From a bacterium (lineage in GTDB: Bacteria; T1Sed10-126), in assembly GCA_003554945.1 (NCBI GenBank), contig PWHN01000044.1:27386-91385 (forward strand): a stretch of DNA of 64,000 nucleotides, read 5' to 3'. The notes beneath the pieces are model-generated. The model was given only the letters and a program-made list of their open reading frames with translations. It had not been told where the DNA came from and did no database searches. Shown in pieces: positions 27,666 through 36,762 of this stretch. The position numbers were made by a program, and so were the translations under genes. The first letter of the stretch is position 1, and each line of letters opens with the position of its first letter.

Positions 27666-27756
27666 TATCCTGTCTCCCTAATTAAGATTTTTTACTTTAA
27701 TTACAGAGTAAACTAAAACAACTACAAAAGCAAGGTGAATTTTTTCACATTAAAAT

Positions 27757-28485
27757 TTATTCAATCACACCCCCTGTTCGCTCATAAACGTCCTTCACCG
27801 CTATATAGGGATCAAGAGCAAAACGCTTCAGATTGTCATATTCACGCAGGTAGGGGCGGGCTGTATTCACACCCTCCAGGGTCCGCCCGGCAACCGCAAC
27901 TTCAGCTTCCTGGTAGTAAAAGGGATGCATAAAGGAATCAACCAGGCTGCCACTGCTGGCGCGCAACGACGAGGGACCGGCGACGGGAAGCACTATGTAA
28001 AATCCGTCCCCCACTCCCCAGGTGGCCAGGGTCTGGTTAAAATTTCTGGGACGCTGGTCCAGATGCTCGCCGGCAACGTCAATTAAGCCGCCAACGCCAA
28101 AAGTAGAATTAACCACAAACCGGCCAAAAGCATGGTGGGCATCCTCGCCTCGTCCCTGTAATATTGAGTTTACAAAATGAAAAGGTTCGCGCAGGTTGTT
28201 AAAGAAATTTCCTATGGAGCGGCGCACCGGTCGGGGTGTCACAGTCTCATAACCCCTGGTCACCGGGTCGGCCACATAGGTATAAAAACGGTCGTTGAAA
28301 GCAAAAATACGGCGGTTTACAGGCTCCAGCGGGTCGGCAATTATCTCTCGGTCTTCAGCCTCCGGATCTTCCGCAAACGGATCACTAAAACCCCTTTCCT
28401 GACGGGTCCGGGCAGCAGCCGAAGACAATCCAGCTACAATTAATAGTAAAATTAATAGATTGACTACAATAAATTTAGTCTTGAT
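27757..28485 (-). CDS. mlaA: MlaA/VacJ family protein
   Basis: DPLEPVNRRIFAFND, NFFNNLREP, RFVVNSTFGVGGLIDVA, QTLATWGVGDGFYIVLP, DPY. The signal peptide lies upstream of the first canonical start (TTG 28428), implying ATC 28485. Confidence 0.9.
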   Translation of the reverse strand: MKTKFIVVNLLILLLIVAGLSSAAARTRQERGFSDPFAEDPEAEDREIIADPLEPVNRRIFAFNDRFYTYVADPVTRGYETVTPRPVRRSIGNFFNNLREPFHFVNSILQGRGEDAHHAFGRFVVNSTFGVGGLIDVAGEHLDQRPRNFNQTLATWGVGDGFYIVLPVAGPSSLRASSGSLVDSFMHPFYYQEAEVAVAGRTLEGVNTARPYLREYDNLKRFALDPYIAVKDVYERTGGVIE

Positions 28486-28508
28486 TGACTGACACCTCGA
28501 AGTTGATG

Positions 28509-29174
28509 TTACTCAAATTCAGGTACAATCTCGTCTGGCAACTCTTCTTTTTGAATATGCTCTCTCAATAATTTTAACAGGTCAGCTATTGACTGGCGGG
28601 CCAGTATATTATCAAACTGACGGCGATAGTTGCGGATAAGACTGATCCCCTCCACTTCAAAATCATATATCTTCCAGTCGTCGTGTTTGATCAAATAATA
28701 GGTGATTTTGGCATTGTAGTCATCGTCATCCCAGTAGAGCCTGGCTGTTGTAAAGACACGAGCATAAGTACCATCACGTCGCTCTTCAAACCCGTCAACG
28801 TCAATAGCACGAATTTCATAGACACCGTCAACATCAGCGAGGTCACCGGTTATCCTGTTGACATAGACTTCCTTGAGCAATTCGCTGAAGAGATCGATCA
28901 TTTCATCAAGCTGCTCGTCTGTTATCTGGCGGGCGTAGGGGCCCAGGGTTCGAAGAGTCATTTCTTCAAAATCAAAATCAGCTTCCAAAGTCTCAATCAA
29001 TCGCTGCTGGACAGTATCCGCCTGTATAGCATCAACCGGGTCGGTGTCACCAAGAATAGCCAGGACCTCGGCAATTTTTTCCTCAATAAATTCATCCGGT
29101 GACATAGCCTGCACCTCTTCTACACCGGTAAAGACAAACAGAGCGATTAGAGATATCAGGAAAACTTTTTTCAT
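28509..29174 (-). CDS. mlaC: MlaC phospholipid-binding periplasmic protein
   Basis: FDFEEMT..TLG, WKIYDFEVEGISLIRNYRRQF; operon context. Confidence 0.92.
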   Translation of the reverse strand: MKKVFLISLIALFVFTGVEEVQAMSPDEFIEEKIAEVLAILGDTDPVDAIQADTVQQRLIETLEADFDFEEMTLRTLGPYARQITDEQLDEMIDLFSELLKEVYVNRITGDLADVDGVYEIRAIDVDGFEERRDGTYARVFTTARLYWDDDDYNAKITYYLIKHDDWKIYDFEVEGISLIRNYRRQFDNILARQSIADLLKLLREHIQKEELPDEIVPEFE

Positions 29175-29632
29175 AGCTCAAAATCATCCTCCCCGAACAG
29201 GAAGCGCGAAAGTAAATCCTCTATTAATAACGGCGGTTGGGTTTCAACTATTTCCCCGCTGCCGTCCTTGGGAATATTATCCCGCCCGTGCCCGGGAGTA
29301 ATTGCAATATAACGTTCGCCCAATAGACCCTCGGTAACTATTCGAGCTTCTGTTCCGGGATCTGGCAGATCAATTTTGTCATTGATTCGCATACGCACGT
29401 GTGCTCGAAAATCCTTTAATTCTATATCTACAACCCGACCAATCTTTACGCCAGACATCTCAACACCAGTGTTTACCTGCAGCCCGCTGACATCAGAAAA
29501 CACAGCCGTCACTTCATACTGGTTACGACCTAAAAAATCAACCTCACCAAAGGTTATAGAAAGGTAGGCCAGGCTGGCCAGCCCGACAATTAAAAAAATC
29601 CCGACCACGATATCAACCTTACGATCCATCAC
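29171..29632 (-). CDS. mlaD: MlaD MCE-domain protein
   Basis: FSDVSGL...V.MSGVKIGRV, TEGLLGERYIAITPG. Confidence 0.95.
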   Translation of the reverse strand: MMDRKVDIVVGIFLIVGLASLAYLSITFGEVDFLGRNQYEVTAVFSDVSGLQVNTGVEMSGVKIGRVVDIELKDFRAHVRMRINDKIDLPDPGTEARIVTEGLLGERYIAITPGHGRDNIPKDGSGEIVETQPPLLIEDLLSRFLFGEDDFEL

Positions 29633-30377
29633 TTATCGCCTCCAGCGGCCCTTCAAGGGCCTCTTTTACAAATGTTTCCACAACCGGAATCTCGGAATCC
29701 ATAAACTCCTCCGGCGTGGTATAGGCAACTAATTCTCCATTATGTACCATAGCGACTTTATGCACAATTTGAAATACTTTTTGAAAACTGTGGGTAACAA
29801 TAACAGCGGTAAAACCATACTCCCGGTGTAAATTAAAGATCAAACGCAAAATCGAATTGCCGATCAAGGGATCCAGCCCGGTTGTCGGCTCATCAAAAAA
29901 TATGACTTCGGGACTGCTAACCAGAGTGCGCGCAAGCGCCGCTCTTTTCTGCATGCCACCGCTAAGTTCAGAGGGGTATTTTTCCGCCGCATCCTGCATC
30001 TCCACCCGGGCCAGATGCTCAAATACCCGGTCCTCAATTTCACCGCGACTTAACGAAGTCTTTTCGCGCAGTGGAAAAGCAAGGTTTTCATAGACGCTCA
30101 TTGAATCGAAAAGCGCTCCGTTCTGAAACAGCATGCCGATAGAATTCCTTACCTCGGCCAGCTCCTTGCCACGCAAATTATGAACGTTTTTCCCGTTTAT
30201 TAGCACCTCACCGGCGTCTGGATATATGAGACCGGTTATCGTTCTTAACAATACTGATTTGCCGGCTCCGCTGGCTCCCAGCAAAGCAATCATCTCCCCC
30301 TCTTCAACGGAAAGATCAACCCCCTTTAATACCGGTTCTTCTGCCATGGACTTCTCCAGAGCCCGCACTTCAATCAT
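29619..30377 (-). CDS. mlaF: MlaF ABC transporter ATP-binding protein
   Basis: GASGAGKS, LFQNGALFDSM, ELSGGMQKR, FFDEPTTGLDP. Confidence 0.95.
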   Translation of the reverse strand: MIEVRALEKSMAEEPVLKGVDLSVEEGEMIALLGASGAGKSVLLRTITGLIYPDAGEVLINGKNVHNLRGKELAEVRNSIGMLFQNGALFDSMSVYENLAFPLREKTSLSRGEIEDRVFEHLARVEMQDAAEKYPSELSGGMQKRAALARTLVSSPEVIFFDEPTTGLDPLIGNSILRLIFNLHREYGFTAVIVTHSFQKVFQIVHKVAMVHNGELVAYTTPEEFMDSEIPVVETFVKEALEGPLEAISDGS

Positions 30378-30383
30378 TTTATA

Positions 30384-31154
30384 TCACCACATCAAAGAGG
30401 TCATAACGTAGTTAGAAGCAAGGATTAAAACGCTGGCCAGGACGACCGCCTCAGTTGATGCCGCTCCCACTCCCTCGGCTCCCTTGCCTGTGTAATAACC
30501 CTTGTAGCAGCTTACCCAGGCAATAAGAGCGCCAAAGACAAGCGCTTTTATTGAACCAAAATAAATGTCTGAAAAGACAACAAAATCAATAATACCACCA
30601 AAATAACTCCCGTAACTGACGCCAAGCAGACCACCGCTAACAACAAAACCTGCAAAAATCCCAACAAGGTTAAAAATTGCAGTTAGCAGAAATACGGAAA
30701 TAACAAAAGCCAGTAAGATTGGTGCCATAAAATAGCGGAAAGGATTTAAATTCATTATTTTCAGGGCATCAAATTGTTCGGTTATACGCATTACGCCCAG
30801 TTCAGAGGTAATCGATGAGCCGGCGCGTCCGGCCACCATGAGAGCACAGACCACGGGCCCTAGCTCCCTCAACAGGGCCGCGGCCACCAGCGTCCCCACC
30901 TGGGCGGCGGCACCAAACTGGGCCAGCGTCTGTTGACCGTGAAGACCCATCACTGCGCCGGTAAAAGCAGAAATTAAAACAATCAACCAGAGGGAGCGTG
31001 CACCGATAAAATAAATTCGCTGCACAATCCGACCAATTTTCACCGGCGGAACAAACAGATAAACTGCCATCTTGCCGGCGAAACGACCGAAACGTCCCAG
31101 CCGTTCGACAGAATAGCGAAGATTAGCTCCAATTTGTGCCAGATAGTCTAACAT
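30384..31154 (-). CDS. mlaE: MlaE ABC transporter permease
   Basis: RELGPV...AGRAGSSITSELGVMRITEQFDAL, GAEGVG. Confidence 0.95.
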   Translation of the reverse strand: MLDYLAQIGANLRYSVERLGRFGRFAGKMAVYLFVPPVKIGRIVQRIYFIGARSLWLIVLISAFTGAVMGLHGQQTLAQFGAAAQVGTLVAAALLRELGPVVCALMVAGRAGSSITSELGVMRITEQFDALKIMNLNPFRYFMAPILLAFVISVFLLTAIFNLVGIFAGFVVSGGLLGVSYGSYFGGIIDFVVFSDIYFGSIKALVFGALIAWVSCYKGYYTGKGAEGVGAASTEAVVLASVLILASNYVMTSLMW

Positions 31155-31245
31155 TGATTGCCTCCTTTGATTTCTATATTATAACAATTCTTTCCCCAGA
31201 CAACATCCTTGCTTTTCGGCCGCAGGCAAATTAAACTTTTGGGCT

Positions 31246-32121
31246 ATGAAAAATTTTCTAACCGGCTACAAACACGACCATTTCTTAAAAGCTGATTTGC
31301 ACCTGCACACCTATCACAGCGACGGGTGTTTTTCACCCACCAAGCTGCTTGAGATGTCAGTCGAGAACGAGCTGGAAGTTGTATCGATAACTGACCACGA
31401 CACAGTGCAAGGGTTAGCGGAGGCTGCTGAGGCGGCGGAGGACTATGCCTGCCATTTTTTACCCGGCGTCGAACTGGAAGCCTTTGTTAATCTTTCGGAT
31501 GGCAAATACTATTCCGTTCACCTGCTGGGCTACGGAATTGACTGGCAAAACAAAACACTGCGTGATTACCTGGCCAACATACGACAGGCGCGCATCGCTC
31601 GGGCAGAAAAAATTATTCACAGGCTTCGAGCCAACTTTAGCATTGACCTGCCTTACAGTGCTGTAAGTGGCGAAGCTAGCGGTGAGTCGGTGGGCCGGGT
31701 TCACATCGCCAGTGCCTTAAAAAAATATAACCACGTTGCAACAATTGATGAAGCCTTCGACAAATACATCGGCGAAGAACGGGCCGCATACGCCGCCAAA
31801 CCTCGCCACTCGCCTGAAAAGGTCATCAATCTGATAAAACAGGCCGGAGGCCAAACAGTCTGGGCCCACCCCTACTACACTCAAAATGATGACGTATTGC
31901 CTGTTCTTGTGGAAAAAGGCCTGGTGGGGCTGGAATGTTATCACCACGAGTTCGACGCTGAAACTACCCGCCATTACTTAAAATTAGCCGAACAGTATAA
32001 CCTCATCGTCACCGGTGGCTCCGATTTTCACGGCACACTCGAAGAAAACTTCAAACCCGGCGACTGGTGGTATCCCACCCGCGAGATCCCCTTCAACTCC
32101 CGAAATCATTCGAAAATTTAA
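31246..32121 (+). CDS. PHP domain protein (TrpH/YciV-like phosphoesterase)
   Basis: DLHLHT..SDG, ITDHDT, GVE, HLLGY, GRVH, AHP, TGGSDFHG. Confidence 0.92.
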   Translation: MKNFLTGYKHDHFLKADLHLHTYHSDGCFSPTKLLEMSVENELEVVSITDHDTVQGLAEAAEAAEDYACHFLPGVELEAFVNLSDGKYYSVHLLGYGIDWQNKTLRDYLANIRQARIARAEKIIHRLRANFSIDLPYSAVSGEASGESVGRVHIASALKKYNHVATIDEAFDKYIGEERAAYAAKPRHSPEKVINLIKQAGGQTVWAHPYYTQNDDVLPVLVEKGLVGLECYHHEFDAETTRHYLKLAEQYNLIVTGGSDFHGTLEENFKPGDWWYPTREIPFNSRNHSKI

Positions 32122-32149
32122 CCGGCCTGACTCTTAATTTTTACCTTTT

Positions 32150-33013
32150 TTAGTTAAACATATCGCTGCCGGATAATTTTTCGCTTATTTCGCGAATCCT
32201 ACGCTGTTCCTCGGCCGAGAGATTTTCCCACCCCACCCGGTCCATTTTATCCAGAAGTTCGTCCGCCTGGCGGAGCAACTTCTGCTTTTCTATCTCGTGC
32301 TGACGCCACTGGTCCTGTTTCTTTTTGTGCTTGCGGGACTTTAAATAGTCAGATAAGGGAGCCAGCAAAGGCTGACGCGGGTCCAGTTTCCAGCAGTAAA
32401 AAAGTCCCATTAAGAGCCCAAACAGGTGGGCCAGGTGAGCGACACCGGTCTGTGCTTCGGAAAAGCCGGCAATCAGCGTAAATATGCCGATAATCAGAAC
32501 AAAATGCTTCATTTTGATTGGAAATATCCCCCAGATAAAAACCATGCGTTCGGGCCAGTATAGGGCAAAAGCTCCCAGCAAACCAAAGATTGCCCCGGAT
32601 GCCCCAACCACCGGAATTCGACCGTAGCTAAAAATTACCATTCCCAGGCCGGCAACAATTCCACAGATCAGATAAAACCGAAGAAACCCGGCGGCTCCCC
32701 AGACCCGCTCCAGTTCCACTCCAAACATCCAGAGCACCAGCATATTAATTAAAATGTGGAATAAACCACCGTGTAAAAATTGGTAGGTAACAAGCTGCCA
32801 TAGAAATCCCCGGGTCACCAGATTTTCAGGAACCAGGGCCAGGTATTCTCCAAATGGATGGAGCACCGGCTCCGCCAGCGTCCCGCCAATAGTCAATCCA
32901 AAGCGAGGCAGGGTCATCTGCAGCAAAAATATTATCCCGTTGATCACCAGCAGATTCCGGACCATTGGGGTTGTCTTACCCGGCCCAAGCCGCATCCGCG
33001 TTCGTCGGCGCAC
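32150..33013 (-). CDS. Rhomboid-family intramembrane serine protease
   Basis: WQLVTYQFLHG, HILINM, GASGA, AHLAHLFG. Confidence 0.94.
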   Translation of the reverse strand: MRRRTRMRLGPGKTTPMVRNLLVINGIIFLLQMTLPRFGLTIGGTLAEPVLHPFGEYLALVPENLVTRGFLWQLVTYQFLHGGLFHILINMLVLWMFGVELERVWGAAGFLRFYLICGIVAGLGMVIFSYGRIPVVGASGAIFGLLGAFALYWPERMVFIWGIFPIKMKHFVLIIGIFTLIAGFSEAQTGVAHLAHLFGLLMGLFYCWKLDPRQPLLAPLSDYLKSRKHKKKQDQWRQHEIEKQKLLRQADELLDKMDRVGWENLSAEEQRRIREISEKLSGSDMFN

Positions 33014-33015
33014 GG

Positions 33016-34224
33016 TTAAGGCCAGACCACCTGCTGCAGCTCCTGACGGTTTTCATCAATATAATTCATCAGACGCTCCCAGCGGTTCTGAAACGTCTGT
33101 AACTGTTTCAACGGGTTGCCCGGGTCATACTCGTGGCGCCCGTAGAAAATGTTGTCCATGCAGCCTTCTACCGAAGCCTTATCGCCCTCCACCATAAAAT
33201 GCTGGGCCAGCATCATGTTTGTCCGGTAGATACGTTCCTCCAGGTCGTCTTTCAAAAACTTTCCGGGCCAGGGATCAAAATAAGAGGCAGGTATATTCAG
33301 TTTTTCCTCCATCTGACGGACTTTCTTCCTATCGTATAGAAAACGTTCAATGTCCAGCCGAACCAGTTTCCAGAGCGGATACCCCCGCGGTGGCGGCTGA
33401 TGCTGAACGCGCAGATCCCGATCCATGTAAAAACGATAACCGAAAACCCGCGAGTTAATCAACCAGTCCATGTCCTCTCCCCGGTGACAGCCCGGATCAA
33501 GAGGAACACGGCTGAAAAAGTCGCGATCTAAAACTATGTTCCCCATGACCACATAAGAGGTCTCTTTCAAGCGTGGTTCACCAAAGATATAGCGATCAAA
33601 CGCCTCGTTCATCGCCTCAGAGTTGTTCCAGTAAGCCATCCAGGAGGGAGGGCGGGAAGCGTAATTTATCGTTCCTTCTTCCGTATAATAGGGGCCACAG
33701 ACAACCTTGGCCTCCTCGCCAGTCTCGGGCACCTTCTGGTTTATGTGTTCGCCCGCTTTTTCAATGTAGTGGGGATCATCGACAACAACATCGTCGTCGG
33801 TCGAAATAATTGTCCTGTATCCCAGGATATGTGCGGCCAGTATCGACATGTTGCGCACGTCCGAGTAACCGTACATCGACAGCGGCTCCAGAAGCTCATC
33901 TTCAACCGTGCCCTCCAGGTGGTCCTTCAGGCGGCGAAACTCTTCAAAACCAAAGAGATGACAATTTATAGCGCCGGAGTTTTCCTCGATCTCCTCACGA
34001 ATCCTCCGGTCAACTTCGTCTTCCCACTTTCGACTCGATGAAACACTGGAGAGAACCACGTCAGCTTCGTCCTCAAGGCAGTCCAGCGAACGCAGGAAAC
34101 GACCCAGACATCCCTCTTCATCTATTGGAATCGGATGATCATAAATCTGATCAGTATCTTCAAAAAAATGTTCTTTCGGCGGCCCCCAGAAGGTAGGCGC
34201 AATAAAAGCAACTGGTGCACTCAT
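33016..34224 (-). CDS. Hypothetical protein with GT-A glycosyltransferase-like motifs
   Basis: GYSDVRN, STDDD (DxD-like), RGED, downstream H motif. Confidence 0.55.
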   Translation of the reverse strand: MSAPVAFIAPTFWGPPKEHFFEDTDQIYDHPIPIDEEGCLGRFLRSLDCLEDEADVVLSSVSSSRKWEDEVDRRIREEIEENSGAINCHLFGFEEFRRLKDHLEGTVEDELLEPLSMYGYSDVRNMSILAAHILGYRTIISTDDDVVVDDPHYIEKAGEHINQKVPETGEEAKVVCGPYYTEEGTINYASRPPSWMAYWNNSEAMNEAFDRYIFGEPRLKETSYVVMGNIVLDRDFFSRVPLDPGCHRGEDMDWLINSRVFGYRFYMDRDLRVQHQPPPRGYPLWKLVRLDIERFLYDRKKVRQMEEKLNIPASYFDPWPGKFLKDDLEERIYRTNMMLAQHFMVEGDKASVEGCMDNIFYGRHEYDPGNPLKQLQTFQNRWERLMNYIDENRQELQQVVWP

Positions 34225-34423
34225 CTAAAATCCTCTCCTTTAAAAACAAATTTGTCCTCACAATTTTTTTATTCTTTATTTCCTTCTCCAAACATAGAAA
34301 TTCTGAACGATGTCGTTGGCCTTTTTCTGACGCAGGTCTTGGTTTTGCAGTTAGATTTCAACTTTAAACTGGAAACTATAAACTATAACGAACTTCAAGA
34401 TTTTACGGTCCCAACAGGTTCTT

Positions 34424-34530
34424 ACTTTCACACTTTCACACTTTCACACTTTCACACTTTCCCACTTTCACACTTTCCCACTTTCATACTTTCACACTTT
34501 CCCACTTTCATACTTTCACACTTTCCCACT
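34424..34530. repeat. 13 x 8-bp ACTTTC(AC/CC/AT) tandem array abutting the pfkA stop codon
   Basis: Counted directly: 13 full octamers plus ACT. Confidence 0.92.
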
Positions 34531-35489
34531 CAAATAGACAACGTCTGCGAAATTCCGCGATTCTCCCAGCTTAAACTTTTCCCTTCAACCGCCTCCAGCA
34601 GATCGGTTAAGTTCCTCCTGCCCGAGCGAACGCCGATACAGACGCCACTTTCACCCTCAAGCAGTGTCTGCACGGCATAACTACCCATCTTTGCACCAAT
34701 AATCCTATCAAAAGCAAGCGGTTTACCGCCCCGCTGAATATGACCAAGAACAGCCACGCGGGTCTCCATCCCACTTTTTTCCTCCAGCTCGTCGGCAAGC
34801 CAGAAACCTTTTCCGGCACCTTCGGCCAGAACAATTATATAGTGCAGTTTTCCTCTTTTACGCGCTGCTCGCACACGAGTAACTATGCTGTCAACTTCGT
34901 ATTCTTCTTCGGGAATTAAAATTTCTTCTGCCCCACCGGCCAGGCCGACCGAAAGAGCAATGTGGCCGGAAGCACGACCCATAACTTCAATAATGAAGAG
35001 CCGTTCATGTGAGGTGGCAGTGTCGCGAATCCGGTCAACCGACTCAAGGGCCGTGTTAACTGCCGTGTCAAAACCAAGACAGAGATCCGTGCCGCCAATA
35101 TCGTTATCTATACTCCCGGGAATACCAACCACCTGACCGTTCCAGAAGTCAAGCAGCTCAGCAGCTCCTCGCAGTGAGCCGTCTCCGCCAATTACAATCA
35201 GCCCTTCAATACCAAGATGGTCCAAATTCTGAGCTGCTTTTTTAAGCCCTTCCGCCGTCTCGAATTCACGGCAGCGGAGCGTGCGGAGAATCGTTCCCCC
35301 CTTTTCAAGAATCCCCCCTACCATACGAACGTCAAGCTGCTGATATATTTCATTAATCAGGCCATAATATCCACGGTTGAATCCAATAACTTCTATGTTT
35401 TCTGCCCGGGCCGTGCGAACTACGCTTCTGATTGCCGGGTTCATACCGGGCGCATCGCCACCGCTTGTCACAATTCCAATTCTATTCAC
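34530..35489 (-). CDS. pfkA: ATP-dependent 6-phosphofructokinase
   Basis: TSGGDAPGMN, GGTIL, IGGDGS, SIDND, EVMGR, LGHIQRGG. Confidence 0.97.
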   Translation of the reverse strand: MNRIGIVTSGGDAPGMNPAIRSVVRTARAENIEVIGFNRGYYGLINEIYQQLDVRMVGGILEKGGTILRTLRCREFETAEGLKKAAQNLDHLGIEGLIVIGGDGSLRGAAELLDFWNGQVVGIPGSIDNDIGGTDLCLGFDTAVNTALESVDRIRDTATSHERLFIIEVMGRASGHIALSVGLAGGAEEILIPEEEYEVDSIVTRVRAARKRGKLHYIIVLAEGAGKGFWLADELEEKSGMETRVAVLGHIQRGGKPLAFDRIIGAKMGSYAVQTLLEGESGVCIGVRSGRRNLTDLLEAVEGKSLSWENRGISQTLSI

Positions 35490-35626
35490 TTAATCCACCT
35501 CAAATAGATAAAATTTTCTGTCCAACTCGTCATATTATTTGTCTTACCCAAATTTAACACTGAATCATTGGCAAAACGACGTTGTTATTATATTATTAAT
35601 GGAGTCGAAAAGAAACACTTCATTAA

Positions 35627-35701
35627 GCGCCCGTAGCTCAGACTGGATAGAGCGCCGCCCTGCGGAGGCGGAGGCCGGGGGTTCAAATCCTCCCGGGCGT
35701 A
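35627..35701 (+). tRNA. tRNA-Arg (anticodon GCG)
   Basis: GCGCCCG acceptor stem, CCGCC-CTGCGGA-GGCGG anticodon arm, GGTTCAAATCC T-loop; CCA not encoded. Confidence 0.95.
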
Positions 35702-35875
35702 TTGTTAGTTAGAAAGTTAAAAAGTTAAAAAGTTAGAAAGTTAAAAAGTTAAAAAGTTAGAAAGTTAAAAAGTTAAAAAGTTAAAATTCGTTAAATCTAT
35801 CCACCTTCTCACGTTCTCACTCTTCCACTCTCCCACTTTTCCACTTTCATACTTTCCCACTTTCATACTTTCAAC
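35702..35875. repeat. Octamer arrays (AAAGTTAR then ACTTTCNN) directly downstream of tRNA-Arg(GCG)
   Basis: About 9-10 AAAGTTAA/AG units, spacer TTCGTTAAATCTATC, then a degenerate ACTTTC array. Confidence 0.88.
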
Positions 35876-36267
35876 CAATCTCGTGGCATGAGCTAAAAAT
35901 TGCCACTAATTTTTCTTCTTATCTTTGATTTTTTGTCCTCTCTATAACCAAGTGTTTCCATTTTTTTCCCTCCCCTACACGATTCATATACCCTCTTACC
36001 CTTTAAGTCTAACCCGGTCTATGCATGAACCCTATGCATAGGCCGCCCAAAGGGCCGCCCATTCGTCAAATGGGCGGGGTTAACCCACCCAGCCCTTTAC
36101 TGGGAAAGAGCTGGGTGTCCTGCGGACGGATAATTCACGACAGTTGTGCTGTCAAGAATTATCAGGGCCAAATCATCTATCACTTGATATCCTTTTTAAT
36201 TTCGGAGAATATCAGTTAAGATTATCTCGACTCTTGCTCTATAAAATATTTAATGGAGATTTTGAAA

Positions 36268-36528
36268 ATGCCTTCTCCTGAAGAACGCGCACGACGTAAT
36301 ATTGACAAACAACTCCGCCAGGCCAGCTGGGTTATCCAGGACATTGATGATATTAACCTGGGGGCGGCTCCGGGCATTGCAGTCCGAGAATATCCGACTG
36401 TTTCCGGACCAGCGGATTATTTTTTATTCGTTGATAAGAAAGCCATCGGTGTAGTCGAAGCAAAACAGTTATTTGGAGATAAACTGAAAGATCTACCTGA
36501 AGAACTCAACCGGAGCTTCGCGGCGTAG
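36268..36528 (+). pseudogene. hsdR: Internally deleted type I restriction enzyme R subunit (EcoEI/EcoAI-like HsdR remnant)
   Basis: N-terminus PEERARRNID..L..ASW.IQD, AVREYP..SGPADY.LFVD..AIGVVEAK joined directly to a C-terminus-like QLFGD.L..L.EELN..AA. Confidence 0.7.
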
Positions 36529-36762
36529 TTCATTGCTGGTTGTTTACAAACGGACTACTTAACACTGCATAAATGGACTACTTTGGAAAAATTGGGACAG
36601 TGAAACGAAATGGAAGGGTTCTTATTTTCGTTTGGGCATAAACATAAGTAACGGGTTGCCAATAACCTTGTTACAACACTTAGCGGGCGGTAAAATACCA
36701 TACATAAAGTGAGTACACATTGTGTATAGTTAATGCTAAATTAAGAAAAAAGGTGAAACTTG

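Noticed and set aside
31246-32121. Two PHP paralogs as a novel system
   Set aside because: Both are ordinary TrpH/YciV-like proteins in unrelated contexts, 16 kb apart.
34424-34530. Octamer arrays as a CRISPR array
   Set aside because: The units are 8 bp with no unique spacers, and there are no cas genes in the window.
34135-34680. 181-aa ORF with (HFPTFILS)n repeats, and similar ORFs at 19701-19968
   Set aside because: These are translations of non-coding octamer arrays; the 181-aa ORF also overlaps real genes on the opposite strand.
36050-36120. Two GC-rich hairpins upstream of the hsdR remnant
   Set aside because: The inverted repeats are real but single-copy here, with no motif allowing assignment.
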